DNA of 64,000 bases from Candidatus Poribacteria bacterium (GTDB lineage: Bacteria; Poribacteria; WGA-4E; WGA-3G). How positions within the stretch are numbered: position 1 is the stretch's first letter; the number at the start of each line of letters is the position of its first letter. Location: contig OZ240248.1 in the NCBI GenBank assembly GCA_965198235.1, positions 3,872,001 through 3,936,000 of the forward strand. The letters run 5' to 3'. Both the position numbers and the translations under genes were made by a program. Positions 38,642 through 49,508 of the stretch are shown piece by piece. The notes below the pieces were generated by a model. That model was given only the letters and a program-made list of their open reading frames with translations. It was not told the DNA's origin and ran no database searches.

Positions 38642-39817
38642 TTAAAAAACTCGATCCTTAATTCGGCGTAAAGGGATGTACAAACAGAACATTGTAAGAA
38701 CTAAAATCCCAGCAAGCACTGCATAAGGATAAGCCTCTTTTGCGTAGAGCCAGCCACCCAGAAGGGGTCCTAGGATGCGTCCCAGGCTTAAGAAAGCATC
38801 CATAATACCGATAGCCGCGCCTTGGCCAATTCGGGTCTGTTTGGAAATCCACGATGCATTCGTTGGGCGGATGAGCTGATTGCCAACACCTGCAATGGTG
38901 AGATACACGGTGAGTGTTGCGAAGGAGTAAGCGTTGAGCAAAAGTGCCATGCCTATCGCGCTGAGTAGTAACCCGATGAGGATGATACGTCGTTCTCCCA
39001 AGCTGTTGATTAATCTTCCGAGCAAACCACCCTGTAGTGGCACCGCAATCGCACCCATAAACATGAACATCCATCCCATTTCTCTCTCTCCGTAGTTCCA
39101 ACGATCCTCAATGAACAGTGGGAACGTCATCTCCAATCCTGCAAAGCTGAAGGTTGAGAAAAATGCAACAAGGAAAAGGGGCGTGAGAGGTGATTTCAAA
39201 GTTGTCTGACGAAGGATCTCGCGTGGAGAGACCCACTCGTGCCGGTCTCCAACTGTTTCATCAGCGATGTCTTTCTGTAAAGATTCTGGGAGCAGGATGA
39301 GCGCGAAGAAGAAGTTTAGTATGGACAAGCCACCTGCAACAAAGAACGGCATATTGTGGCTACCCATGACACCACCGATCGCCGGTCCGAGGATGAAACC
39401 GAGTCCCATCGCAGCACCCATTAGCCCCATCCCTTTGCCGCGTTCTTCTGACGTGGTTATATCTGCAACATAAGCCATTACACTGGGTAGCACAGCTGCT
39501 GAAGCGATACCTGCTGCGCTGCGAGCGATGAGAAGCCAGACGTAATCTTTTGCCAATCCGAATCCGACTAAAGCGGCGGCATTCCCAAGCAATCCAAGTA
39601 AGATCGCAGGTTTTCTGCCGTGCTTGTCCGATAGCCTGCCCCAGATAGGTGCGAACAACAGTTGCATCCCGGAGTAGATAGACATTAATATCGCGATTTC
39701 AGTGGTGGTTGCTCCAGTGTCTTTAGCGTAATAAGCGAGATTCGGAATGATGATGCCAAACCCGAGCATCACGAAAAATAGGGTTAAGAACAGGAGAAGA
39801 AGTTTTGATTTTTCCAT
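38642..39817 (-). CDS. MFS transporter (TetA/DHA1-like)
   Basis: GRLSDKHGRK motif A, GFILGPAIGG motif C, multiple TM segments. Confidence 0.92.
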   Translation of the reverse strand: MEKSKLLLLFLTLFFVMLGFGIIIPNLAYYAKDTGATTTEIAILMSIYSGMQLLFAPIWGRLSDKHGRKPAILLGLLGNAAALVGFGLAKDYVWLLIARSAAGIASAAVLPSVMAYVADITTSEERGKGMGLMGAAMGLGFILGPAIGGVMGSHNMPFFVAGGLSILNFFFALILLPESLQKDIADETVGDRHEWVSPREILRQTTLKSPLTPLFLVAFFSTFSFAGLEMTFPLFIEDRWNYGEREMGWMFMFMGAIAVPLQGGLLGRLINSLGERRIILIGLLLSAIGMALLLNAYSFATLTVYLTIAGVGNQLIRPTNASWISKQTRIGQGAAIGIMDAFLSLGRILGPLLGGWLYAKEAYPYAVLAGILVLTMFCLYIPLRRIKDRVF

Positions 39818-40101
39818 CTAAGATGAACGCGAAAATCCGCGATGATAAGTCCATACCTTTTCCGCTCTAATGGGTCCCATGATATTGGTGAGATTTAGGA
39901 GCGATTCTATAATAATATAATACCGCTATTATAACAGGTTTGGGGAAAGTGCATCAACATAAAAAGGAGATTTACAGAGCCATTCACTTCTTTGATCAAA
40001 AAATTTAGTATGGAAATTTTAGTCCGTTTCTGGTATTATAAAGACGGTCTTATAGTTCTTAATACACGCAACAATTGAACTAATTAAACAGTGGAGGAAA
40101 G

Positions 40102-43100
40102 ATGGCAACCGAATTTGTTCATCTACACAATCATAGCGAATATAGTATGCTGGATGGCGCGTGCCGCATTGAGGATATGGTCAATTGGGCAGTCGAAAAT
40201 GGCGTGCCTGCTGTCGCGCTTACCGACCACGGCAACATGTTCGGGGCATGGGAATTATACAGTAAAGCGACAAAGGCAGGGGTCAACCCAATTGTCGGTT
40301 GTGAAGTGTATGTCGCACCCGGCAACCGAAAGACACGCGGAAAGGAACAGGGCGGTCCCTACCACCTCACGCTGCTTGCCGAGGATGCAACCGGTTACCA
40401 AAATCTCCTAAAATTAATATCGCTTGGGTATACAGAGGGTTTTTACAGCAGACCCCGCATCGACATGGAAATCCTGCGTGAATATCACGCTGGAATTATC
40501 GCATTGACGGGGTGCATCCAAGGACAGGTGCCACAACTTCTCTGCTCGAATCGGCGAGAAGAAGGTATCCAAAACTTCAAAACGCTGATGGAGATAATGG
40601 GGGAACGGAATCTATACGTTGAGGTCCAGAACCATCATATCGACAAAGAACTTGAGGCTTACCCAATAATGGTGCAGCTGGCGAAAGAGTTCAACCTCCC
40701 GATCGTCGGTACAAACGATTGCCACTACCTCCGCAAGTCAGATCATGGAATGCACGATGTTCTTCTCTGTATCCAGATGAAGAAGACTGTCAACGATCAG
40801 AACCGACTGCGGTTTGATAACCATTTCTATTTTAAAAGTGTTGATGAAATGCGGGAGGCACTCAAGGATTATCCGCCCGAAGCTATTAGCAACACGCTCG
40901 AAATTGCGAATCGGTGCAACCTTGAACTCGATTATGGCGAGAGTGTGATGCCGAAGTATGAGGTGCCCGAGGGACACACAAATGACAGTTACCTCAAGGA
41001 GTTGTGCTACGGAAGTTTGCGGGAAAAATATGGCGGTGAACTCTCCGAACCGATTCAGCAAAGACTGGATTACGAACTCGATATTATTAGCAAAACCGAC
41101 TACTCCGGTTATTTCCTTATCGTGTGGGATTACGTTAAATACGCCCACAGACAGGGCTATCCTCTCTCTGCGCGTGGTTCTGCCGCGAGCAGCCTCGTGC
41201 TTTACGCCCTTGATGTGATTACTTTCAATCCGATGGATTACGACTGTCTTTTTGAACGATTTCTAAGTCTTGAACGGATCAGCCCCCCCGATATCGATAT
41301 TGACTTCGCTGACCGTGCTCGTGAGCATGTTATTGATTATCTCAGAAAAAAATACGGTGAAGATTCTGTTGGCAAAGTCGCTACTTTTGCCACATTAGGG
41401 GCAAAAGCCGCTATCAAAGATGTCGGGCGTGCACTTGAGGTGCCTCTTGATGATGTTGAAAAGTTGACAGAACTGATTCCATCCACCCCTGGTATAACGC
41501 TTGATGAAGTTTTGGAACAGATGCCGGAATTTCAGGCACTCGCTGAGCGTCCTGAAAATAAAGAGTTGATGGATCTCAGCAAATCGGTCGAAGGTATGAA
41601 ACGGCACGTCTCTTGTCACGCCTCCGCACTTGTCGTCTCAAACGGTCCGTTGACTAACTACGTCCCACTATTCAAGGATAAACACGACCAAGTTGCAACG
41701 CAGTTTGAAGGTAAAATCGTTGAAGATGTCGGTATCGTTAAATTCGATTCCCTTGGCTTACGGAGTCTTACTGAGACATACGACTGTCTACAGATGATTA
41801 AGGTGAACCACGGCAAAGAGATTAAGTTGGAAGAGATACCTTTTGATGATGAAAAAACCTATTCTCTGCTCAGCAAAGGGTTGATCAACGGCTTATTCCA
41901 ATTGGAAGCCTCTCCAGGTATGTATCGTGTTGTCACACAACTCAAACCGGATAACTTTGAGCAGTTCTCCGCTATTCCCGCTCTCTATCGCCCAGGTCCG
42001 TTGGAGAGCGGCATGATGCAACAGTTCATTGATCGGAAAAATAAACTCAAGCCTGTAGAACATATTCACGAGTCGCTTAAGGATGCTCTCAAAAATACCT
42101 ACGGTGTGTGTGTCTATCAAGAACAGGTGATGCAAATCGCTCGCGATATGGCAGGCTTTACCCTCGGTGAAGCAGACATACTTCGTTCCGCTATGGGAAA
42201 GAAGGACGAGGCACTGCTCAAAGCACAGCGTGATAAATTTATTGAAGGCGCGGCGGAAAACGGTATCATCAAGAAAGAGGCAGAAAGGATATTTGATCTG
42301 ATCGAACCATTTGCACGTTACGCCTTCAACAAGTCGCACACCGTTGCTTATTCGATGTTAGCGTACCGCATGGCGTATCTGAAAACGCACTATCCACACG
42401 AATTCATGGCAGCAATGATGACCGGAGAAGCAGGTGATTCATCGAAGATTACCCGATACCGCGCCGAATGTAAGAAGCTTACTGAATTTCTGGAAGTGGA
42501 AATCAATCTTTTACCACCGGATGTCAACAGCAGTAGGAGAGAATTCACGGTAGATGGCAACGATATCTGCTTCGGACTTGTTGCAGTCAAAGGTGTTGGC
42601 GATAACGCGATAGATGCAATCGTGGAAGCACGAGAACAAAGCGGTTCATTCACATCGTTACAAGATTTCTGTGAACGCGTAGATACGAAACAGGTTAATA
42701 AACGTGCTGTTGAAAGTTTAATTATGAGCGGCGCGTTTGATTCACTTGAAGGACACCGCGCGCAACATGTCGCCAACTTAGATAATATCATGAGAGTGGC
42801 ACAAAACGCGCAGGCAGAACGTGACCGTGGACAGATGAGTCTCTTTGGCGACGGAGAGGAAATGCCAACAGCGCCTGTAACGCTTACCGATGCTCCGGAA
42901 TATGATCCATTAGAACGGCTTATGCGGGAAAAGGAACAACTCGGTTTCTATGTTTCCGGACACCCGCTTGAAGAATATAGTGACATCATCGAAAACTACA
43001 CGAGCGCAAGTACCCAAACCCTCGTTGAACACCGTATTGACTCCGAGGTTGATGTGGCGGGATTGATAACGGACGTTAAAAATATCACCACCAGGAAAGG

Positions 43101-43632
43101 GGATCCTATGGCGGTGATCGGATTAGAGGATTTAGAAGGAGCGATAGAGGTTGTTATTTTTCCAGAGGCATACAAAACCGCGGGAAACCTCGCTGAAGGC
43201 AGGGTAGTCTGGATTCGTGGGAAAGTCAATGTTAATCAGAATAGCAGGAACCGGAAGTCTGAGAATGGCGACACCGAGAGGGAAGAACGTCAGATACAAG
43301 CAGATCGGGTGATAGATATTGAATCTGTTAATGAGCAACAGACATCTGCTCTTGAGGTAACGATTCCGGAATCTGATGTTGAGAATGTCGAAAAATTGGA
43401 AAGGCTTCAGAAAATTGCCCGTGCTAACAAAGGGGATCTGGACCTGATTCTACGTCTTATGAGCTCCCGTTACGGTGAAGTTATCGCGCGGTGTCATCAA
43501 AAGTATAGTGTGGCATACGAACCGCTGGTTATTGAACAGATAGAGGGATTGTTTGGTGAAAATTGTGCTAAACCAAGCAACCGCACGATACGCGGGAATA
43601 AAAGCCGCACCTCACGGATGGATTATGTGTAA
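40102..43632 (+). CDS. dnaE: DNA polymerase III alpha subunit
   Basis: HLHNHSEYSMLDG PHP domain, PDIDIDF, FNKSH, OB-fold C-terminus. Confidence 0.97.
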   Translation: MATEFVHLHNHSEYSMLDGACRIEDMVNWAVENGVPAVALTDHGNMFGAWELYSKATKAGVNPIVGCEVYVAPGNRKTRGKEQGGPYHLTLLAEDATGYQNLLKLISLGYTEGFYSRPRIDMEILREYHAGIIALTGCIQGQVPQLLCSNRREEGIQNFKTLMEIMGERNLYVEVQNHHIDKELEAYPIMVQLAKEFNLPIVGTNDCHYLRKSDHGMHDVLLCIQMKKTVNDQNRLRFDNHFYFKSVDEMREALKDYPPEAISNTLEIANRCNLELDYGESVMPKYEVPEGHTNDSYLKELCYGSLREKYGGELSEPIQQRLDYELDIISKTDYSGYFLIVWDYVKYAHRQGYPLSARGSAASSLVLYALDVITFNPMDYDCLFERFLSLERISPPDIDIDFADRAREHVIDYLRKKYGEDSVGKVATFATLGAKAAIKDVGRALEVPLDDVEKLTELIPSTPGITLDEVLEQMPEFQALAERPENKELMDLSKSVEGMKRHVSCHASALVVSNGPLTNYVPLFKDKHDQVATQFEGKIVEDVGIVKFDSLGLRSLTETYDCLQMIKVNHGKEIKLEEIPFDDEKTYSLLSKGLINGLFQLEASPGMYRVVTQLKPDNFEQFSAIPALYRPGPLESGMMQQFIDRKNKLKPVEHIHESLKDALKNTYGVCVYQEQVMQIARDMAGFTLGEADILRSAMGKKDEALLKAQRDKFIEGAAENGIIKKEAERIFDLIEPFARYAFNKSHTVAYSMLAYRMAYLKTHYPHEFMAAMMTGEAGDSSKITRYRAECKKLTEFLEVEINLLPPDVNSSRREFTVDGNDICFGLVAVKGVGDNAIDAIVEAREQSGSFTSLQDFCERVDTKQVNKRAVESLIMSGAFDSLEGHRAQHVANLDNIMRVAQNAQAERDRGQMSLFGDGEEMPTAPVTLTDAPEYDPLERLMREKEQLGFYVSGHPLEEYSDIIENYTSASTQTLVEHRIDSEVDVAGLITDVKNITTRKGDPMAVIGLEDLEGAIEVVIFPEAYKTAGNLAEGRVVWIRGKVNVNQNSRNRKSENGDTEREERQIQADRVIDIESVNEQQTSALEVTIPESDVENVEKLERLQKIARANKGDLDLILRLMSSRYGEVIARCHQKYSVAYEPLVIEQIEGLFGENCAKPSNRTIRGNKSRTSRMDYV

Positions 43633-43693
43633 TTCCCGGTAAAACGCTTTGCAAGCGCGACTACCACGTTGCGTGGAAGGAGATTCGCTTATT

Positions 43694-44515
43694 ATGCAAT
43701 ACCGCACACTCGGTAAAACAGGACTCAGCGTATCAGAGATCGGGTACGGTGGCGGTAGAGTCCGCCCGGAGCATGATGAAACATCACTCGTCAACATGCT
43801 CCATTACGCTATGGATTCTGGGCTCAACTATCTCGATACCGCACCTGATTATGGGGGTGGCTACAGCGAAACAATTATCGGTAAGGCGATTGCTGGACGG
43901 CGGGAATCGTGTATTGTCGCAACCAAGACGGAAGCCTATGATCCCGATGGTGTCGCTGCTGATGTAGAGGGAAGCCTCCGACGACTTGGTACCGATTATA
44001 TTGATGTCCTGCAATTCCACGGTGGATGGTTCTACGCCGAAGATCTGGAACCGATTCTGGACGGTGGTGGCTTGGCAGCGTATCTCAGACTGAAGGAAGA
44101 AGGGAAGGTCCGATTTATCGGATTTTCTGCCGACGGTCCCTCTGGAGGCACGGAACAACTGATTGCCACTGGCGAGTTTGACATGATGCAGATCCACTAC
44201 AATCTGATGTACCAGAGCACCTGTGACGCATTTGGCAGACGCGGGGTCATCCCCGATGCTGTTGCCCAGGAGATGGGTATTGTGTTGATGCGCTCTACCA
44301 CCAGTAATGCGTTCCAGAATCTCATGAAGCACTGCTTTCCTAATGAGATGGCGAATGTTGATGTGGACAGTTTTCTGCTCAATTATTCTATCTCAAACCC
44401 GCTGGTGAACGTTGCACTCATGAGCCTGCAAAGCGTTGACGATGTAGAGTGGACAAACGCTGTCTCTGACAATGTCGATGCGCGGCTGGATCTACAGGCG
44501 ATTTATGGGAGGTAG
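43694..44515 (+). CDS. Aldo/keto reductase
   Basis: YRTLGKTGL.VSEIG, DTAPDYG, SLRRLGTDYID. Confidence 0.9.
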   Translation: MQYRTLGKTGLSVSEIGYGGGRVRPEHDETSLVNMLHYAMDSGLNYLDTAPDYGGGYSETIIGKAIAGRRESCIVATKTEAYDPDGVAADVEGSLRRLGTDYIDVLQFHGGWFYAEDLEPILDGGGLAAYLRLKEEGKVRFIGFSADGPSGGTEQLIATGEFDMMQIHYNLMYQSTCDAFGRRGVIPDAVAQEMGIVLMRSTTSNAFQNLMKHCFPNEMANVDVDSFLLNYSISNPLVNVALMSLQSVDDVEWTNAVSDNVDARLDLQAIYGR

Positions 44516-44578
44516 GAGGATTAAATACTTATAAGGCTCGTCCTGCCCTTTTATTCACCCGTTTGAATGTGGGTCAGA

Positions 44579-44815
44579 ATGGACTTTGAGATTATTGGAG
44601 AGATTACCGAAATTGAAACAATTGCCCGCGGTAAGGGCGTCAGGAACCGTGCCCGATTGCAACGGCAGTACGGCGAAGGTAGATGGCGTAAGTTAAAGGG
44701 AGTGGCATACGTCCGTCTTCTTAATGGTTCAGTCCGTTTTGCCGAAATTCACTGGTATCAAGCACAAAGAATTGGCAAAAGAGAATTCAAAATTAAACTC
44801 CCATTTCTTGATTAA
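44579..44815 (+). CDS. Small basic hypothetical protein, putative toxin
   Basis: GRWRKLKG...AEIHWY...IGKREFKIK; 2 bp from partner gene. Confidence 0.65.
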   Translation: MDFEIIGEITEIETIARGKGVRNRARLQRQYGEGRWRKLKGVAYVRLLNGSVRFAEIHWYQAQRIGKREFKIKLPFLD

Positions 44816-44817
44816 TC

Positions 44818-45060
44818 ATGGACAGAAAGGAAAATCAATTACCTCAATTCGGTCTATGCCTTAATAATGAAGGATATGCTGCTTCTCTTGAGACCGGAAA
44901 GTTGTATCGCGTTATCCGTGATGATGAGGTTATGAGTCAAGGTTATCTGCGCGTTATAGATGAAAGTGGAGAAGAATACGCTTATGCAGCCAACCGCTTT
45001 TACTTAATTCACCTACCCGCTGCTGTTGAAAAAGCATTGATGTCTGCTTCACGGGCATAA
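44818..45060 (+). CDS. Small hypothetical protein, putative antitoxin/immunity
   Basis: CLNNEGY.ASLE.GKLY, RVIDESGEEY.Y. Confidence 0.65.
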   Translation: MDRKENQLPQFGLCLNNEGYAASLETGKLYRVIRDDEVMSQGYLRVIDESGEEYAYAANRFYLIHLPAAVEKALMSASRA

Positions 45061-45089
45061 GGCCTACTTGTCGGTGCCTATCTGCATAG

Positions 45090-45704
45090 TTACGGAATCC
45101 GCGGTGGTCTCTCATTTATCGATGCCTCCTCCTTGCTTAACACCTCTATGAGTCGATATTCGTACAGTCCTACGTCTTGAATATCTCCGCTATACTCATG
45201 AAGACTGACTTTTAACGTCCAGATGAACCCCGGTTCAAAGTCGAACCCTCGTATCCCGTCATAGAAAAATTCCCACCGTTGCCTTTCCTTATTGAACTCA
45301 AGATAGCAATCTGACCCAGAACCTTTTGGGTTGCCTGCAACGTAAACCGTCTCACCAATTTTGACAGCATCGCTGTTACCAAGGGGGAGCGGTTTGATAC
45401 CGGACGCAGAAACCTTTAGGATCGCGAGATCGTTGTACTTGTTGGTGGCAGTGAAGCCTTCGATTTTATAGGTAGTGGACTTGCCGACCAACTTTGCGGT
45501 ACCGCTGGCCGCACCAGCAATTACATGATAATTCGTGGCGATGAGGTTGGATTTGACGAAGAAACCGCTGCCAAATCCGAGAGGTAAATCGTTGCTATCC
45601 TGCATCTCTAAATAGACAGTGGCAGCTAATGCTTTTTCGGCGATCTCTGGAACCGTCTGGGCAGGTAAGGTACTTATAGTGTAGAAGAGCAGGAGAACGG
45701 AAAT
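45090..45704 (-). pseudogene. Chimera: start-less trypsin-like serine protease N-half fused to DUF4377-like C-terminal fragment
   Basis: ISVLLLFYTISTLPAQTVPEIAEKAL..GSGFFV..TNYHV..DLAIL..GNPKG, then CYLEFN..FYDGIRGFDFEPGF; no catalytic-Ser motif. Confidence 0.7.
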
Positions 45705-45945
45705 CGGATACGTCCGAAGTCACCTCACGATTCAAGTTTGCAACAGCATGCGTGAATTCGTAAGGTGTAATACGTCCGTCGTTCTTCTTACGAACACATA
45801 TCCAAAAGACTTCCGCTGCACCAATAGTCAAACACTTTAACTGGTTTAATGGGACATTAACAAAAAGGTAATCAACTTTATCGCTGCCTGTTTCTTCAGT
45901 ATACCGCTTGACAAGTGCGCTGGCATCAAAGTAGAAATAATACAC
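45700..45945 (-). pseudogene. Truncated VapC/PIN toxin
   Basis: YFDASALVKRY.EE.GS; PIN-like sequence ends at ~residue 82, then runs out of frame into the protease remnant. Confidence 0.7.
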
Positions 45946-45947
45946 AG

Positions 45948-46268
45948 TTATCTCTCACGTTCTTCGATAATAGCGCGACTAAACTCGTTATCCTCGGCGC
46001 GAATACGGCTTGCCATACTTTTGCGGAGTTCCTTAACAGGAATCGGTTCCACATCGGCAATTCCCATCCTTTCAAGGAGTTCATTCATAATTCTCGCACC
46101 TTCTCTTTTATCTGCTGTATGTGCCTGACCCACTACTTCGGTCTGGCGATGCTTCGGCACGTTCGGGGCCAATTCATCAACAAGCCAAGAAAGTTGTAGC
46201 GTTACTTGTTCTAGCATTTTTTCCAATCGATCTAACCGTTCAGCTAGGGTTTCAACTGTTTCTGCCAT
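45948..46268 (-). CDS. Putative antitoxin upstream of PIN toxin
   Basis: Ends EDNEFSRAIIEERER, 2 bp before the PIN start. Confidence 0.6.
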   Translation of the reverse strand: MAETVETLAERLDRLEKMLEQVTLQLSWLVDELAPNVPKHRQTEVVGQAHTADKREGARIMNELLERMGIADVEPIPVKELRKSMASRIRAEDNEFSRAIIEERER

Positions 46269-46343
46269 AGTCAAAATTCTCCGTTCATTATTGTCGGGTT
46301 ATAGCAATTTGAAACTTTTTGCCGGAGGAGTGTCAGTCAAATT

Positions 46344-46487
46344 TCATCTAATTAAAGCACCCGGTAATGTTAGATATCCAGTGAAGCCTGTATCAATAAC
46401 CGCCTCGATTTTCGCAGACGAATTTAAGCCGCTAACTTCCAATTCAACAACTGCTTCTTGGTATGCTGTAATTTTCCCTTTAATCAT
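46344..46487 (-). pseudogene. Truncated clan AA aspartic protease (47 aa; not in ORF track)
   Basis: MIKGKITAYQEAVVELEV...IEAVIDTGFTGYLTLP..LIR*; DTG catalytic motif. Confidence 0.75.
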
Positions 46488-46752
46488 TGTACCGGTCCGA
46501 AATCTTAAAACCGATGCGATGAGCAGCTGGAAATCCTATTCGTACACAGTAAAGAACAGCTTCAGGATGCTTTTCAAGAAGAGCGATTGAGGATGTCCCT
46601 TCATCAGCATTAATCTCATAGGCACCTGTTTCGATGTCAATAGACAGAAACTTGCCTTTGTGCTCCGATTCAACTTTTTCGCGGAGTTGTTGCTGATAGA
46701 TCTGTTCACCGCGGGCGGCGATAGTCCCGTGGGGGTAATCGGAATATGGCAT
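46480..46752 (-). CDS. Small DUF5678-like protein, partner of the aspartic protease
   Basis: RGEQIYQQQLR..VE..HKGKFLSIDIETGAYEI, RIG; AAGGAGG RBS. Confidence 0.7.
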   Translation of the reverse strand: MPYSDYPHGTIAARGEQIYQQQLREKVESEHKGKFLSIDIETGAYEINADEGTSSIALLEKHPEAVLYCVRIGFPAAHRIGFKISDRYND

Positions 46753-46780
46753 TGTGATCCTCCTTAGCTGGGGAAGTCGA

Positions 46781-49453
46781 TTACGCGGACAGGAAATTCC
46801 GAATGACGTAATCCAGAATCCCACCCTGTTTATAGTATTCCACTTCCACAGGGGAGTCAATTCTGATTAACAACTCCGTCGTCTGTGTCTCACCGTTTGC
46901 ACGGACGATGTTCATCGTTGCCATCTGTCCCGGCTGGAGGTCTTCGGCAAAACCTGTGATGCTGATAATCTCGCTTCCGTCAAGGTTGAGCGTCTGGACG
47001 TTTTCACCCGGCTTGAACTGCAAGGGTAAAACTCCCATGCCAATGAGGTTACTGCGGTGGATACGTTCAAAACTTTCTACGGCAACGGCTTTGACTCCCA
47101 AAAGTTTGGGTCCCTTCGCCGCCCAATCGCGAGAACTTCCCATGCCGTAGTCCTGTCCCGCGAAAATAACGGTTGGAACTTCGTTTTCACTGTAGTGGAG
47201 TGCCGCTTCGTAGATAGTCGTTTGTGTCCCCTCAGGATACTGAAGCGTATATCCGCCCTCTACATCGGGCGTCATCAAGTTGCGGACACGTCTATTGGCG
47301 AATGTACCACGGCTCATCACACGGTCGTTACCACGTCTGGATCCGTAGGTATTGAAATCTTGTGTTTCAACGCCACGTTCTTGGAGGTATTGTCCGGCAG
47401 GGCTTGCGGCTGCGATCGCACCTGCTGGGGATATATGGTCGGTGGTGACAGAATCTCCAAAGATGCCGAGGATACGGGCATCCACGACATCCGAAATCGG
47501 GACAGGTTCACGGGCAAACCCTTCAAAGAACGGGGGATGCTGGACATAGGTGCTTCTCTCGTTCCACGGATAAAGGACTCCCGTCGCCCCTGTGAGTTCT
47601 TCCCATTCCGGTGCTTGATTACCGATTGACTCATACATCTCCCGAAACGTCCGTCGATCGACTGCGGCAGCGATCATCTCGGTGATCTCTTGGCGGGTGG
47701 GCCAGATGTCCTTCAGATAGACAGTCTCCCCTGCATCATTGTGCCCAAGGGGTTCAGTAGTGAAATCAATGTCAATCCGCCCTGCGACACCGTATGCGAC
47801 AACGAGTGGTGGAGACATGAGGAAATTGGCTTTTATCTCTGGATGCACACGCGCCTCAAAGTTCCGGTTGCCACTTAGAACACTTGCAGTAACGAGGTTT
47901 CCTGTGTCAATTGCCTCTTGGACCACGTCGTTGAGAGGTCCACTATTGCCGATACAAGTTGTGCAGCCATAACCTACGACGTTGTAGCCGAGTTCTTCTA
48001 AATAGGGCAGTAGACCGGTATTCCGTAGATACTCGGTGACGACGCGCGAACCGGGGGCTAAACTGGTTTTGACGTAATCGGGAACACGTAGTCCTTTTTC
48101 CACAGCCTTTTTAGCGAGCAACCCCGCGCCGATCATCACGGAAGGATTACTTGTGTTTGTGCAGCTGGTAATTGCCGAGATGACAACCGATCCGTGGGTT
48201 ATGCCGTCACTAGCGTCCACGTCTTCTGTTACACCAAATCCATCTTCCGCTACAGGACGTGTAAGCAGTTCAGTAAAGGTATTTTTGACATCCGACAAGG
48301 CGATCCGATCTTGTGGGCGTTTCGGACCGGCGATACTCGGTTCAATGTCCGCGAGATCGATTTCAAGGACATTGGAGTACGCAACATCTCCGAGGCGTGG
48401 GATACCGAAGATGCCTTGGGTTTTAAGATAAGCTTCTACCATGTCAACGTGCGTTTCGTCGCGTCCAGTGAGACGGAGGTATCGCATCGTTTCTGCATCG
48501 GGTGGGAAGAATCCGATAGTCGCACCATATTCTGGACACATATTAGAGAGCGTCGCCCGATCTGGTAGAGAGAGTGCTTCTACACCTGCCCCAAAGAATT
48601 CCACAAACTTATCAACGACTGCAGCGGCTCGGAGGCGTTGCGTCACAGTCAATACCAAATCTGTGGCGGTTACACCCTCACGAAGTTCGCCTTTCAAGTG
48701 AACCCCGAGTACTTCGGGGGTCAAAATATAAACGGGTTGCCCTAACATCGCCGCTTCCGCTTCTATACCGCCTACACCCCAGCCAACGATACCTAAGCCG
48801 TTAATCATTGTGGTATGCGAGTCGGTGCCGACAACGGTATCCGGATAGGCAAGGGAATCTTCTGTCATAATCACTTTGGCGAGGTATTCCAGATTCACCT
48901 GATGTACAATGCCGATGGAGGGTGGGATGATATTGAATTTTTCAAACGCCTGTTGTCCCCATTTGAGGAACTCATAACGTTCCTTGTTACGTTCAAATTC
49001 CCGTTCGGTGTTAAATTGAAATGCGCTCTCTGAGCCGTAAGCGTCAACTTGGATGGAGTGATCGATGACTAAATCAACAGGGACGAGGGGTTCTATCAGG
49101 TCGGCATCACCGCCAAGTTCTGCCACAGCAGAACGCATCGCAGCAATATCGACAACGAGGGGAACGCCTGTGAAATCTTGTGCGACCACGCGTGCCGGTT
49201 TGAAAGGGATCTCCAAGGCTTTCGGAGAATGCGCGTCCCAATTTGCCAAATTTACAATATCCTCTTCTGTAATTTGGTGTCCATCGTAATTTCGCAGTAA
49301 TGATTCGAGTAAAATGCGGAGACTGACGGGCAAGGTGGTTGTTGACCCGATGCCGGCTTCTTCTAAGGCAGGAAGCGAGTAATAGGTACACGCAAACCCA
49401 TCACTTTCAAGGGTTCGGTGTGTATTAAATAAATTATGAGCAGGTTGGGGCAT
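46781..49453 (-). CDS. acnA: Aconitate hydratase A
   Basis: [41 protein letters not shown]. Confidence 0.97.
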   Translation of the reverse strand: MPQPAHNLFNTHRTLESDGFACTYYSLPALEEAGIGSTTTLPVSLRILLESLLRNYDGHQITEEDIVNLANWDAHSPKALEIPFKPARVVAQDFTGVPLVVDIAAMRSAVAELGGDADLIEPLVPVDLVIDHSIQVDAYGSESAFQFNTEREFERNKERYEFLKWGQQAFEKFNIIPPSIGIVHQVNLEYLAKVIMTEDSLAYPDTVVGTDSHTTMINGLGIVGWGVGGIEAEAAMLGQPVYILTPEVLGVHLKGELREGVTATDLVLTVTQRLRAAAVVDKFVEFFGAGVEALSLPDRATLSNMCPEYGATIGFFPPDAETMRYLRLTGRDETHVDMVEAYLKTQGIFGIPRLGDVAYSNVLEIDLADIEPSIAGPKRPQDRIALSDVKNTFTELLTRPVAEDGFGVTEDVDASDGITHGSVVISAITSCTNTSNPSVMIGAGLLAKKAVEKGLRVPDYVKTSLAPGSRVVTEYLRNTGLLPYLEELGYNVVGYGCTTCIGNSGPLNDVVQEAIDTGNLVTASVLSGNRNFEARVHPEIKANFLMSPPLVVAYGVAGRIDIDFTTEPLGHNDAGETVYLKDIWPTRQEITEMIAAAVDRRTFREMYESIGNQAPEWEELTGATGVLYPWNERSTYVQHPPFFEGFAREPVPISDVVDARILGIFGDSVTTDHISPAGAIAAASPAGQYLQERGVETQDFNTYGSRRGNDRVMSRGTFANRRVRNLMTPDVEGGYTLQYPEGTQTTIYEAALHYSENEVPTVIFAGQDYGMGSSRDWAAKGPKLLGVKAVAVESFERIHRSNLIGMGVLPLQFKPGENVQTLNLDGSEIISITGFAEDLQPGQMATMNIVRANGETQTTELLIRIDSPVEVEYYKQGGILDYVIRNFLSA

Positions 49454-49508
49454 CTGCTAACTCCTTTGTGTTGGACATGATTTTCTGTTATTTTATCACA
49501 AGTCGGTG

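Noticed and set aside
40102-43632. Intein or split in dnaE
   Set aside because: Normal length and continuous motifs; no intein signatures seen
45595-45945. Intact 116-aa PIN toxin as given in the ORF track
   Set aside because: Last ~34 aa are an out-of-frame reading of the protease remnant
46300-46346. Sec read-through of the aspartic protease TGA
   Set aside because: Not a Cys position, no clear hairpin, and the frame closes after 14 codons without protease similarity
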